The notes: a model not told the origin generated them from the sequence alone. Counted from the stretch's first letter, positions 9,557 to 18,827 are shown. The stretch is DNA of 64,000 bases from Desulfurococcales archaeon (GCA_027066265.1 JAMOOB010000490.1:3111-67110), one strand, 5' to 3'. Numbers and translations are program-made.

Positions 9557-10198
9557 ATGAGCTGCCTCTACGGTTATATAGGTAGCGAAAACCAGGTCTG
9601 GACACAGGTGAAGAGAATGCAGATCCTCGTGGTGAAGAGGAGGCTCCCAGCTATGCAGCTGAGAGGGATAGTGCTCCCGACAGTACCGTCATCTCCACAG
9701 CTGTGGGAAAGACCTCGGCTGCAGCCCGAGCCAGCGCCTCAGCAGACACCGCAGCTACCCTCTGAAGAACCTAGCCAGGAGACTGCGCCGCCTCTCCAGC
9801 CCGAGAACACTGTTGTTTCTAGGCTTCCCGTCGGTGGAAGGACTGTTAGGGGTGTTGCTATCCGTAGGCTAGAGGTTGTTCCGGTGGATAGCTCTACCAT
9901 CAGGATCGTGATCGATATCGAGACCGGGGACACGTATGCGGATATCAGGGTGGGGTGCACCAGGGGAATCATAGACGTTAGCTCGGATAGAGCTGGTGGC
10001 GGAACGCTTCTTCCCGGGGAGGCTACTGGTACACTGGTTGTCCCGTATACTAGGGCGAGTATCGTGTACACCGTGAAGCTGGTGAAGGCTGTTAACGGCG
10101 CTGCAGAGGGGTTCGTCGAGGTGCGCGAGGTCGATTCGAGGGGAAGGGTGAGAAGGGTTCTTGCAAGGAGAAGCTTTGTGCTTAGAGCTGGAGCCTAA
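9557..10198 (+). CDS. hypothetical protein (P/Q-rich linker, then beta-rich domain)
   Basis: 213-aa ORF. TTATATA at 9586-9592 suggests a near-leaderless start at ATG 9617. A perfect palindrome (9695) lies in the 5' part. Confidence 0.5.
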   Translation: MSCLYGYIGSENQVWTQVKRMQILVVKRRLPAMQLRGIVLPTVPSSPQLWERPRLQPEPAPQQTPQLPSEEPSQETAPPLQPENTVVSRLPVGGRTVRGVAIRRLEVVPVDSSTIRIVIDIETGDTYADIRVGCTRGIIDVSSDRAGGGTLLPGEATGTLVVPYTRASIVYTVKLVKAVNGAAEGFVEVREVDSRGRVRRVLARRSFVLRAGA

Positions 10199-10640
10199 AC
10201 CGCTCCTCCTCTTCTTCCTCTAGCTCCTCGCCGATGTCAGATGGCGAGGTGTACGCGAACACGGTTAGTATGCGCGATAGGAGCCTCGATACGCGGTCAA
10301 GGTAGTCGAGAAGTGGCTCGTCTTCTTTCCGCTTTATCTCTTCTCTGATCCACTTCGCTATCTCTGTCTTGTTTATCTTCATCAGGTCCTTCATCGGCTT
10401 GGGCGGGTCCGAAACCTCGTACCCTTCTCGACGCATGTACTCGGCTATGGCTCTCAGCTCCCTTGCGAGTCTCCTCGCTGCTCCGGGTATGCACAGTATG
10501 TGGTCGACGTGTATCTTGAGGATCTCTATGGCTGTCATCCTCTCCGGGATGGGTCTGGTCCTATCGATCGCCGTCCTGATCAGCTCGCCCAGGCTCCTGG
10601 CAGCCGTTCTCCACACGCGCGTGGACTCTATGACGCTCAT
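10182..10640 (-). CDS. hypothetical protein
   Basis: Start trimmed to ATG 10640 (GGGGT-ATG context). Its ATG forms an ATGA overlap with the stop of the AAA+ gene. Confidence 0.55.
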   Translation of the reverse strand: MSVIESTRVWRTAARSLGELIRTAIDRTRPIPERMTAIEILKIHVDHILCIPGAARRLARELRAIAEYMRREGYEVSDPPKPMKDLMKINKTEIAKWIREEIKRKEDEPLLDYLDRVSRLLSRILTVFAYTSPSDIGEELEEEEEERFRLQL

Positions 10641-12115
10641 ACCCCGAGCACCCTTCGTATCTGTGACACCGGTGCTCTGAACACGCCTATAGCCTCGATC
10701 AGCGCTCTCCACGCGCTCGAGCTCGCCGATCTAGCCCATACAGCATCGTCGTTCCTAACCTTCACGCCGTAGAACCTCGCTACCAGCTCCAGGATCGCGA
10801 CCCTGTCGTCCGGATTGCTATCGATGTCTATCCTCAGCGGCATGGCGGGTACCCTGGGGGACTCGGAGCCGCAGAATATCACGGGGCACGTGGCGTTCAT
10901 CGCTATGAGCTTGAACACCTCCTGCGGAAGCGTATCCGTAACCACTATCAGCGTAGCGTCGCTCGTGGCAGCCGTAGCCATAGCCTCGTCAACGGCCCTG
11001 GGGTCGGTTACTATCACCACCGGTCTGCGGCATACCACGCCCACCAGCGTGGATACTATCGGGACGCCGACCGTGTACGGCAGCGGTATGTAGATCCTCG
11101 TACCCTCCCTCAGCGCGCTGCAGATCAGGCTGTACCTGCCTAGCCAGTCTATGCAGCGCCTAGAGAGCTGCGTTGGTGGTACAAGCCTTGTGTAGCCCCT
11201 CGCCCTGATCGGCTCTATCGATATCCTCTCGCCGGATAGATACGCCTTGGTGACAGCGACCGCGTCGCTCATCGGGAGACCCGCGTTGACGATCTCTATC
11301 GCGAGCCTCTCGGCATCCGGATCGGGAACGCCGTACTCCAGCAGCAGGGTGTGCACAGCCTCGAAGTCGGGCAGGGGCACGAAGATCGGTCTACCAAGCC
11401 TACCGCTTCTCCTAAGCGCGGGGTCGATCGTCTCGATGCTTACGTTGGTGGTTACCAGAGCAATCGTTAGCTTCCCCATACGCTTCCACTCCTGCAGCTT
11501 GCGCAGCAGGATGTTCATCATGCCCAGGTACACGGGGCTATCCTCGCCGCGGACAAGATCTCTGCTCCTAACCAGCCACTCCGCGTCATCCATGATCACA
11601 ACGCTAGGCTCGTTGCTCTCCGCCTCCGATAACAAGGAATGTAGCTTCTGCTCGCTTTCTCCAACCCATTTGGATAGAATAGCCTGTGGCTCTATGGTGA
11701 CGACGTACAGACCGAGGATCTCAGCGATAATCTCGGTCATAGATGTCTTTCCTGTTCCGGGTGGTCCATAGAGCAGAGCTCCCTGCTCGGCTGGAGGTTC
11801 TCCTCTGCTCATCGGCTCTAGGAACCTTCTGCATACCTCTCTCCACACCTTCTTTGGGTAGATATAGACCTCTCTGGCGCCTCCCTCGAACCTTAGCTCC
11901 ACCAAAACGTTGTTCTCCAGCTCCTTCGTTCTGTAGTCCACGTAGCTCTCCATCGTAACCTCTGTCGCTGGCGTGATCACGCATCTCGCCGGCGTGCAGT
12001 ACCCTACCTTCACCCCCAGCCCCAGCCTCGCTCCCGCCGATACCTCGACGTACATCGGTATCGCTAGCGGTGGCTCCTTGCATAGGAGCCTAACGGACTT
12101 GCATGGCAGCGCCAT
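10637..12115 (-). CDS. AAA+ ATPase, classical (CDC48/FtsH-like) clade
   Basis: Walker A LLYGPPGTGKTS, Walker B VVIMDDAE, second region of homology TTNVSIETIDPALRRSGRLGRPIFVPLPD. Confidence 0.85.
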   Translation of the reverse strand: MALPCKSVRLLCKEPPLAIPMYVEVSAGARLGLGVKVGYCTPARCVITPATEVTMESYVDYRTKELENNVLVELRFEGGAREVYIYPKKVWREVCRRFLEPMSRGEPPAEQGALLYGPPGTGKTSMTEIIAEILGLYVVTIEPQAILSKWVGESEQKLHSLLSEAESNEPSVVIMDDAEWLVRSRDLVRGEDSPVYLGMMNILLRKLQEWKRMGKLTIALVTTNVSIETIDPALRRSGRLGRPIFVPLPDFEAVHTLLLEYGVPDPDAERLAIEIVNAGLPMSDAVAVTKAYLSGERISIEPIRARGYTRLVPPTQLSRRCIDWLGRYSLICSALREGTRIYIPLPYTVGVPIVSTLVGVVCRRPVVIVTDPRAVDEAMATAATSDATLIVVTDTLPQEVFKLIAMNATCPVIFCGSESPRVPAMPLRIDIDSNPDDRVAILELVARFYGVKVRNDDAVWARSASSSAWRALIEAIGVFRAPVSQIRRVLGV

Positions 12116-12119
12116 GGTG

Positions 12120-12560
12120 TCACCTCAGTATGCCGAACTGCTTGAACACGCGTCTGCACACCGTATCCATGAACGAGAACGCCGTGTACTCGATCCTAGC
12201 CCTAACCTCGTCGCTCGACATGTACGCGGCGTCCTTCGGCAGTATCCTGTCTCGGTACTCGTCGAGCTGAGCAACTATCTTCGTCAGGATGGTGGTCGCA
12301 GAGTCGTCCCTCTCGATGCTGGGGCGGGGTATGTCCTTGAACCACTTGTACCACAGCCTCTGCACGGTGTCTACGAGCAGATCCTGCATCTCCGGGAAGA
12401 TGATGGTCATGGCGTCGAGCTCGCTTAGAAGCATAGGTATGTACCTGGGCAGAACCGCTTCGAGGGGCTGACCCTGCTCGAGTGCTCTCAGCATGGAGTC
12501 GTATATCCACTCAACAAACGTCTCTCCACATCTCCTCCTAGGTGTCTGAGCCTCGCTCAC
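12120..12560 (-). CDS. hypothetical protein
   Basis: 146-aa ORF with a 4-nt overlap with the upstream gene (operon). Confidence 0.6.
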   Translation of the reverse strand: MSEAQTPRRRCGETFVEWIYDSMLRALEQGQPLEAVLPRYIPMLLSELDAMTIIFPEMQDLLVDTVQRLWYKWFKDIPRPSIERDDSATTILTKIVAQLDEYRDRILPKDAAYMSSDEVRARIEYTAFSFMDTVCRRVFKQFGILR

Positions 12561-13318
12561 CTCTCACCACCCTCTCCAGAGACCTCCTCACCCTCCCTCC
12601 TCTCCACAGCTGGGGAGACGAGCTTGGAGAGCTCCTCGATCATAGCCTTCGCGCTAACGGTCCTCACGGTCATGAGGTTCGCAACGTATACAACCGTAGT
12701 CAGATCCCTATCCACGACAGCAGCCGCGTACTCGCAGATGGGGTGGACGCTGTCCGTCTCCAGCTCAAGCTCTCTGCCATCCGCAGCCCTCGCAACGTAT
12801 CCCCATCTAGAGGCTGATAGCAGCAGCGTAGGCAGCCTCCTCCCAGGTATACACTCCCCTCCTCCCTCCCAAGGAGTTCTCAGGTCGATCCTCATGGCGG
12901 AGTAAGCGGCTTGCGGCTGCACCTGCGCTACAACGACCATCGCTAGCGCATACCTAGATGCGTAGCTCCACACCCTCCTCAGCTCGTCTATAACAGCCTC
13001 GGCAGAGGGCTCGGTTGGCGGCAGAACTATCTGCACACCCCTAGCCGTCTCCATGAGTATCCTGGGCTGCCCTATCGCTACCATGCCCACAGCTGTGGGT
13101 ACGCGAACCGGCGCGCCCCTCGTCGTGATCTGGACTATCCTCACGGTGCTTCCGGCTCTATCCAGCCACGCAGCAGGTACTCCCAGACCATCGCCTAGGG
13201 CTAGCCTCAGCGCAGCCACAACGCATAGCTGCGGCGGTGCTGGCTCCAGCGATGCGTCTAGAACGATCCTCTCGACGGATAGCCCTCTACGGGGCTTCCT
13301 ACCGAGCAGCCTAACCAT
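12557..13318 (-). CDS. hypothetical protein
   Basis: 253-aa ORF. Contains an internal perfect palindrome (13087) followed by an in-frame ATG. Confidence 0.6.
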   Translation of the reverse strand: MVRLLGRKPRRGLSVERIVLDASLEPAPPQLCVVAALRLALGDGLGVPAAWLDRAGSTVRIVQITTRGAPVRVPTAVGMVAIGQPRILMETARGVQIVLPPTEPSAEAVIDELRRVWSYASRYALAMVVVAQVQPQAAYSAMRIDLRTPWEGGGECIPGRRLPTLLLSASRWGYVARAADGRELELETDSVHPICEYAAAVVDRDLTTVVYVANLMTVRTVSAKAMIEELSKLVSPAVERREGEEVSGEGGER

Positions 13319-13322
13319 GGTT

Positions 13323-14267
13323 TCACCCGTGCGGTAGCAGCCTTCCTAGCGCGCCCTGGAGCAGGAAGAGTATCAGCAGTACGCCGCCCGCTATCGCGAG
13401 CGCTATCACTACCTTGCTTATAGCCTCGCTCTTCGCCTTCAGCTCCAGCGCCCTGTGTATACCCAGGCTCCTCGCGATGTCGCTGATGGCGCTACCGAGA
13501 TCGCTTAGGTGTATCACCAGCGTGTTCACGGTGTCGAGCTGGGTCGCGATGAGGTTGGCGAGCACCTTCGGGATAGCCATCTGCAGAGCGATCGTGGTGG
13601 TGGGCGTCACCCTTACCCTAGCCGTCACCATTCCTACGGACGTGGCTAGCTTCGTTATGAGCTTGTCCAGAGCCTTCCACGGATCGCCCGTCTCCCTCCA
13701 CAGCGGGTCGTCTATAGCTATCTGCGCGAAGCCCAGCTGCGTGATCAGAGGGACGTTGAGCGTCTGTCCGCATCTGCCGAGGGCTAGGGCTATCATCAGC
13801 GGCTTGCCCTCTAGGCTGTACGGCTGCGCATAGGGGTTGGGGATGACGAGGACAGGGTTGCTCGGGTCTACAGATACGTACAGGTTCTCGACGCGCCTCA
13901 GGGGAACGATGCTGGCGGTAGCCGTATCCTGGTGAAGGATGACGCCCACGGCGTCCACAGACGGATCCCTAATCGCGTCAGCCAGCCTCCGAGCAGACGC
14001 TCCAGCACCTCCCCCTACTCTTCCCCTACCCCTGAAGAAGAGGAGCCACACCACGATGAGCGGGATAGCGATCCCCAGGATAGCCATCACCAGGTCTCCG
14101 AGCGTAAGGCTCGGCGCGCCCCCAGCTGTGGTCACGACATGGTGTACAGCCTTGGTAGTATTGGCGGCGACCGTCCTGGTCATCTTGCTCATGATGACCC
14201 TGGTAACGTTTATCGGCGTAGGCGTTGCCGTTACGACTGTGGTTGTCGTAGGTGTTGGGATGGGCAT
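13323..14267 (-). CDS. membrane protein with Thr/Pro-rich N-terminus
   Basis: 314-aa ORF with PIPTPTTTTVVTATPTPINVT and TM segments near residues 60-80 and at the C-terminus. Confidence 0.6.
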   Translation of the reverse strand: MPIPTPTTTTVVTATPTPINVTRVIMSKMTRTVAANTTKAVHHVVTTAGGAPSLTLGDLVMAILGIAIPLIVVWLLFFRGRGRVGGGAGASARRLADAIRDPSVDAVGVILHQDTATASIVPLRRVENLYVSVDPSNPVLVIPNPYAQPYSLEGKPLMIALALGRCGQTLNVPLITQLGFAQIAIDDPLWRETGDPWKALDKLITKLATSVGMVTARVRVTPTTTIALQMAIPKVLANLIATQLDTVNTLVIHLSDLGSAISDIARSLGIHRALELKAKSEAISKVVIALAIAGGVLLILFLLQGALGRLLPHG

Positions 14268-14281
14268 TCTCCTACCCCTCG

Positions 14282-14938
14282 CTAGTCGGTTACGATTCCT
14301 AGCCTACCCTTGATCGCGTTGCTCATCATCGATACGGGTAGGTTGCTCTGCGCGAGCCCTAGGTACCAGTCGATGACGAGGAGGTACGCCAGCGGTGCGT
14401 AGCGGGCTCTGAGCATAGCCGTTCTGCACTCCTCTATCGCCTTCCTCACGTGCTCCTGGCTCGCCGCCGCCTGTCTCGTGAGCTCCGTTGCTCCTCCCTC
14501 GCTCGCTAGGACCTCTACGAGCTCCGTACACACCGAGATCTCGCGCTGCACCAGGTGCTTGATCGTCTCCGCGAGACCGACGATCTTGCGCTTCATGTCC
14601 TTCTCGAAGCTGTCGGGAGAGGCGATGGACGCGACGACGCCTGCGTCGGTTGCCCACAGGCTTATCGCAGCAACGGCTAGGTCTGCGATCACCTGGAGAT
14701 CCCTTGCGGATATGCCCAGCCTCTGGGCAACGTTGCGCTCTATCTCTAGCCACGTCCTCGAGGACTTGATGAACTCTACGAAGTGCTGAGCCGGGATCGG
14801 GATAACCGCCCTGATGCCCTCCTCCCTCCACTCCTCCTCTCGTAGCTCGCTCCTCCTCTGCGCGGACACGTTGATGCCCCCAGGGTGTTCCCCTGACAAA
14901 GCTATAACCTCGACTCCGAGTCCATGAGCTCTATACAC
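14282..14938 (-). CDS. hypothetical protein
   Basis: 218-aa ORF, the first long gene of the 14938-to-10182 minus-strand operon. Confidence 0.6.
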   Translation of the reverse strand: MYRAHGLGVEVIALSGEHPGGINVSAQRRSELREEEWREEGIRAVIPIPAQHFVEFIKSSRTWLEIERNVAQRLGISARDLQVIADLAVAAISLWATDAGVVASIASPDSFEKDMKRKIVGLAETIKHLVQREISVCTELVEVLASEGGATELTRQAAASQEHVRKAIEECRTAMLRARYAPLAYLLVIDWYLGLAQSNLPVSMMSNAIKGRLGIVTD

Positions 14939-15321
14939 GTCTGCTCGAGCTCGTCGAGGGAGAGCCTCCTGTGCGCGGCTAGCCTCAGAAGCCTTGCAAC
15001 TGGATGGTCGTGGTCCTCCCTGAGGATCCTCATGATCTGGGTCCTAACCACGAACGGTCCGCTATCTCTACACGTCGCGAAGTCCATTCCCGCGGCTATG
15101 CATAGGTGTAGGTATACCTCTCGTAGGGCTGGGTCCGCCCATATGTACCTGAAGATCCTTGCGGTTGCTATCTGGTGCCTACCGTTCCTCCTGCCGGGCT
15201 TCGTTAGCCCGATGTACCTGCTGCAGAGCATCATCTCGAGCGCGAAGATAACCAAGTCCTTAAGCTCTTCGAACCACGTACTCTCGGTGATCCCGTGTGT
15301 CCGAGTTCGCATCCGAGTCAC
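14902..15321 (-). CDS. hypothetical protein
   Basis: 139-aa ORF. The start is uncertain because the 5' end overlaps the divergent plus-strand ORF. Confidence 0.45.
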   Translation of the reverse strand: MTRMRTRTHGITESTWFEELKDLVIFALEMMLCSRYIGLTKPGRRNGRHQIATARIFRYIWADPALREVYLHLCIAAGMDFATCRDSGPFVVRTQIMRILREDHDHPVARLLRLAAHRRLSLDELEQTCIELMDSESRL

Positions 15322-15971
15322 CCGTGTACCACGAGCTCGCCATGATTGCGTACTACTGCGGGTACCAGCAGACGCCGAGCCTCGACGCGATCTACAACAT
15401 TATGCAGAAGTGCATCAGTATCGGCAGGATCGGCTGGGGTCTCGCGCTCTTCGCCCTCAATCTCGCTCTCAGCGGAGGTAGCATACCGTTCTACGCCGTT
15501 ATGCCGATACCCTTTGCCCACCTCGCTAGGCTTAAGGAGCTGTACGTGGTTCACGAGCTTGTTCTGGTCAGGGAGCAGATCGCTCAGCACGAGGGCTTCT
15601 TCACGGTTACCAGCACGCGTATCGCCGGCGGTAGGAAGCTCGACTACCCGACCGTCTTCGGCGTCGTGCTGGTCTACGAGGATGAGAGCGGTAACGAGAA
15701 CGTTAGGTGCTTCCTCGTCAAGCGCACCAACCTCAACAACTACCCGTTCATGGCTACGATACCCAGCGACGAGACGTGCAGAAAGATGCTGAGGCTCTGC
15801 CGCGAGAACAGGCACGTCATGTCCGAGGAGGAGATCGAGAGGTACATCCGTGAACACGGCGTTCAGATCGAGGAGAGGGAGCAGAGACCCGAGAAGCCTC
15901 GGGGCGGGGAGAACATCGTTGAGGAGGAGATAGTTGTCGACATCGAGGGGTCTCCCGAGGGAGGTCTTTAG
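15297..15971 (+). CDS. hypothetical protein
   Basis: 224-aa ORF with normal composition and an acidic C-terminus. The stop codon abuts a GGTGCACC box (15971). Confidence 0.55.
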   Translation: MSEFASESPVYHELAMIAYYCGYQQTPSLDAIYNIMQKCISIGRIGWGLALFALNLALSGGSIPFYAVMPIPFAHLARLKELYVVHELVLVREQIAQHEGFFTVTSTRIAGGRKLDYPTVFGVVLVYEDESGNENVRCFLVKRTNLNNYPFMATIPSDETCRKMLRLCRENRHVMSEEEIERYIREHGVQIEEREQRPEKPRGGENIVEEEIVVDIEGSPEGGL

Positions 15972-16140
15972 GTGCACCCCACGATCATAACCCTCAATTC
16001 TTGCGGAGGTCTGCACTCGTTTAGGTGCACCCAAACCGCTTTTACCTGATTGACTATCCGAAGATCCTTCGTATGGTGCACCCCATCTGTATTCAATCGA
16101 TGTGTCTGCGGGGGGTCTGTATCGTTCTGTGTGCACCGAA
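15969..16140 (+). repeat. GGTGCACC-box element, copy C (4 boxes)
   Basis: GGTGCACC at 15971, 16024 and 16075, and TGTGCACC at 16129. Central CTCAATTCTTGCGGAGG. Confidence 0.6.
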
Positions 16141-16159
16141 CCGCAGTCGAGGAGTAGAG

Positions 16160-16495
16160 CTAGCCTTCTCCCAGCTCGCTCCTCAGCATCGCTAGCGACG
16201 CTATGCAGAGTAGCACCCCCGCGAAGGCTACGCCGTTCTCCAGCGGTGTTCCTCGGCAGAACACCATCTCCGCCACGAAGCTTATCGTGGACGCTACGAG
16301 GAGCATCCTCAGCACGTCCATCTCTATAGACGCGAGGTAGTGCGCCACCGACAGCAGTCCGCAGCTCAGCGATAGCAGGGCTAGCGCCGTGGATACCGAT
16401 CCGAGTACCAGCGATGCTGCGGAGAGCAGTATCATCACCACAGCTGCGGTGAGCAGGAAGCGGAACAGTGCTCGGATACCCTTTACCACCCTCAT
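16160..16495 (-). CDS. small membrane protein
   Basis: 111-aa ORF with 3-4 TM segments. Confidence 0.5.
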   Translation of the reverse strand: MRVVKGIRALFRFLLTAAVVMILLSAASLVLGSVSTALALLSLSCGLLSVAHYLASIEMDVLRMLLVASTISFVAEMVFCRGTPLENGVAFAGVLLCIASLAMLRSELGEG

Positions 16496-16501
16496 CTACA
16501 A

Positions 16502-16966
16502 TCATCTCCTCCAACCCTTTCTGATCTCTCCAAGCACGTACGCGGCGATGAAGTAGAGCGCTAGGGCTAGCAGAGCCATCGCGACGGCTATCGGGACGGC
16601 TACGTAGTACCTAGCGGCGGGGTTCACCCTGTAGATCGGCGACACTATCGTTACCGGGATCGTCGTCACCGTGGTTACCGTTGTTGCGGCGGTAGTCGTC
16701 GTGAGGTTCATCACCGTCGTGTAGGTGTATACATACGTGGTGTTGGCTCCGTACCGCACCTCTGCTACCTTCACCAGCATCTCCTGGGGTGGAACCATGT
16801 ACGCGAGCGAGATGAGTACCAGCGCCGCCGAGATCAGCACGTAGGCGCGCTTGAAGTCCTGGCTCCTAGCCTTCGATACGATGGTTATCCACACAAGCGC
16901 GAAGAATACGAGTATCGCGATCAGAGCAACCGCCTGTCCATACATGCTCTCAACCCTTTGCAGCAT
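16502..16966 (-). CDS. membrane protein with Thr-rich segment
   Basis: 154-aa ORF with TM segments at both ends and LTTTTAATTVTTVTTIPVTIV. Confidence 0.55.
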   Translation of the reverse strand: MLQRVESMYGQAVALIAILVFFALVWITIVSKARSQDFKRAYVLISAALVLISLAYMVPPQEMLVKVAEVRYGANTTYVYTYTTVMNLTTTTAATTVTTVTTIPVTIVSPIYRVNPAARYYVAVPIAVAMALLALALYFIAAYVLGEIRKGWRR

Positions 16967-18218
16967 CGGCTAGAACGCTTCTAAAGCTCGCCGCCTCCTC
17001 CAGGGCTCTAGCCATCCGCCTAGCCATCTCCCTGTAGGTGAACGCCTTGGCGCGCTCGTGCGCTCTCCTAGCGACCTCCTCAGCCCACCTCCGATCCTCC
17101 ATAGCTCTCGCGATCGCTCTGCTGAGAGCTCTGTAGTCCGGTCTGCACAGCTCCAAGCCCTCCGGAACGACGTACGGCTCGCACGGAACGATAGCGTCCT
17201 CGGGAAGAGCCTCGCCCCACACCTCGGCTAGCGCAGGATGAGCCGAGACGACGATTGGTTTGCCCACAGCTGCAGCCTCGAGCGGCGGCAAGCCGAACGC
17301 CTCTCCGTCGCTTGGAAACGCGAAGAGGTCTACGGAGCAGTATATCTGCAGAACCTCCCTCTCCGTCAAGCCCATCGATGTGAAGGGCTCGCTCGTGAAG
17401 AACGTTCTCTCCCTAACCATCCTCCACCCGGTCTTCATCTCCACCAGGCTTAGGGTAGCCTCGATGTTCCACTTCGGATCGCCGGCGCCGTACTGTATCA
17501 GCATCGCTGCGACGCCGATCCTCTCGCGGAGGTGCTCCGGAAGCGTTGCTACAGCCATCAGCAGGGCGAAGAGGTTCTTTCTAATCATGTTCTTGCCCAG
17601 TGTGCCAACGATGAATAGCTCGGGCGGGAACAGCCTCCCGAGCTCGCTGCATACCTCCGGCCTGTAGAGGTCGTGGTCTATACCGTGGTAAACAACGAAC
17701 GTCCTCTCCTCGAACACATCCCTTCTGAACCCCGCATGAACGCACCCGTCTATGATCGTCCTCCTCACGAACTCGGTGGGTGCGGCGAAGCCGTGTACGT
17801 TCAGCACGTGCAGCGCGTACTCCGGCGGCAGCGTCAGGGACTCGTTGAGGAAGTAGCCCAGGCACGGAACGCCGATCTCTCTGCACTGAGGAAGTATCTC
17901 GCTCAGCGGCGGCGCGTAGGGCGTCCCGTAGAGCAGGACGATGTCCGCTCCACCGATGTCGTAGAGGTGCTGAGCGAGGTTACCGCACCACGGATACACC
18001 TCTACCTCCACGTACTTCTCGAGAACGTTCCTAGCCCAGTCGCAGCAGCTATGAGCAGCCCTGAACCTCAGCCCCCTCCCAAACATCGTTGCCACCCCGG
18101 CGAAGCACACGACCTTGACATCGAAGCCGAGCTCCTTCAAGCCCTGCACAAGCCAAAGCGTAACCTTGCCCATAGAGGTCGGTGCCCAGGGGCACTCCGA
18201 AACCATGAGAACACGCAT
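16950..18218 (-). CDS. glycosyltransferase, family 4-like
   Basis: FPSDGEAFGLPPLEAAAVGKPIVVSAHPAL (E-x7-E). Promoter-like GGTTTTAACC lies 35-44 nt upstream. Confidence 0.8.
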   Translation of the reverse strand: MRVLMVSECPWAPTSMGKVTLWLVQGLKELGFDVKVVCFAGVATMFGRGLRFRAAHSCCDWARNVLEKYVEVEVYPWCGNLAQHLYDIGGADIVLLYGTPYAPPLSEILPQCREIGVPCLGYFLNESLTLPPEYALHVLNVHGFAAPTEFVRRTIIDGCVHAGFRRDVFEERTFVVYHGIDHDLYRPEVCSELGRLFPPELFIVGTLGKNMIRKNLFALLMAVATLPEHLRERIGVAAMLIQYGAGDPKWNIEATLSLVEMKTGWRMVRERTFFTSEPFTSMGLTEREVLQIYCSVDLFAFPSDGEAFGLPPLEAAAVGKPIVVSAHPALAEVWGEALPEDAIVPCEPYVVPEGLELCRPDYRALSRAIARAMEDRRWAEEVARRAHERAKAFTYREMARRMARALEEAASFRSVLADAAKG

Positions 18219-18251
18219 AGATAGCTCCCAAGGGCTAGAGAACGAGAAATA

Positions 18252-18261
18252 GGTTAAAACC
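18252..18261 (-). promoter_or_regulatory. TATA-like box GGTTTTAACC
   Basis: Lies 35-44 nt upstream of ATG 18218. The same 10-mer sits at the same distance from ATG 45411. Confidence 0.45.
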
Positions 18262-18284
18262 TCGCTCTAGCCGAACAAATATGT

Positions 18285-18296
18285 CCACAGCTGTGG
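18285..18296. promoter_or_regulatory. CCACAGCTGTGG palindrome (perfect)
   Basis: Intergenic, 8 nt after the stop of 18304..18804 and upstream of the GT gene promoter. Confidence 0.7.
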
Positions 18297-18303
18297 TAAC
18301 GAG

Positions 18304-18804
18304 CTAGTCGATCTTTATCCACGTACCCTTCTCGGGTTTGTCTATGTACTCGGGATGCCATACAAAGTGTATCCTGGGATCGGATTTGCTGAGTCTCTCT
18401 ACTGCTTCGATAAACTCTCTGAAGCTTCCCCTATACCCAAGCTCTCGAGCGTGTTCGTATACGTAGATCAGCGGTATCCACGGTAGCGACATCTCGGCTC
18501 TAGCCCGTCTATACGCTTCGTACAGCATCCTCCTGATATCCAGGCTGGTCTCCGCTTGCCTCAGATAGCTCGCGATACGCCTGTAGTCAACCTCAACGCG
18601 ATCACCATGGATACGAACCGCACCGCTGGTGATCTGCTCCAGCATTTTTAGGATCTGAACAACCTCGTCGCGAGAAGGACGCTTACCGAGAACCTTCTCG
18701 ACGATACGAGCGGCGAAGTCTATAGACATAGAGGCGTAGTTCGATAAAGCGCGCAGGAGATGCATAACCTTGCTGCGGTCAGAGGAAAGCATCTTCATAA
18801 CCAT
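18304..18804 (-). CDS. putative winged-helix DNA-binding protein
   Basis: 166-aa ORF. The N-terminal ~70 aa (KVMHLLRALSNYASMSIDFAARIVEKVLGKRPSRDEVVQILKMLEQ) looks HTH-like. Weak call. Confidence 0.45.
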   Translation of the reverse strand: MVMKMLSSDRSKVMHLLRALSNYASMSIDFAARIVEKVLGKRPSRDEVVQILKMLEQITSGAVRIHGDRVEVDYRRIASYLRQAETSLDIRRMLYEAYRRARAEMSLPWIPLIYVYEHARELGYRGSFREFIEAVERLSKSDPRIHFVWHPEYIDKPEKGTWIKID

Positions 18805-18827
18805 GCTCGCACCCCGCTATGGCTAAT

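Noticed and set aside
15318-16514. 398-aa minus-strand ORF
   Set aside because: It runs antisense across the better-looking 15297..15971 plus-strand ORF and through the GGTGCACC element, and overlaps the membrane ORF 16160..16495 in another frame. Its composition is R/G/A/L-rich, typical of a shadow ORF in GC-rich DNA.
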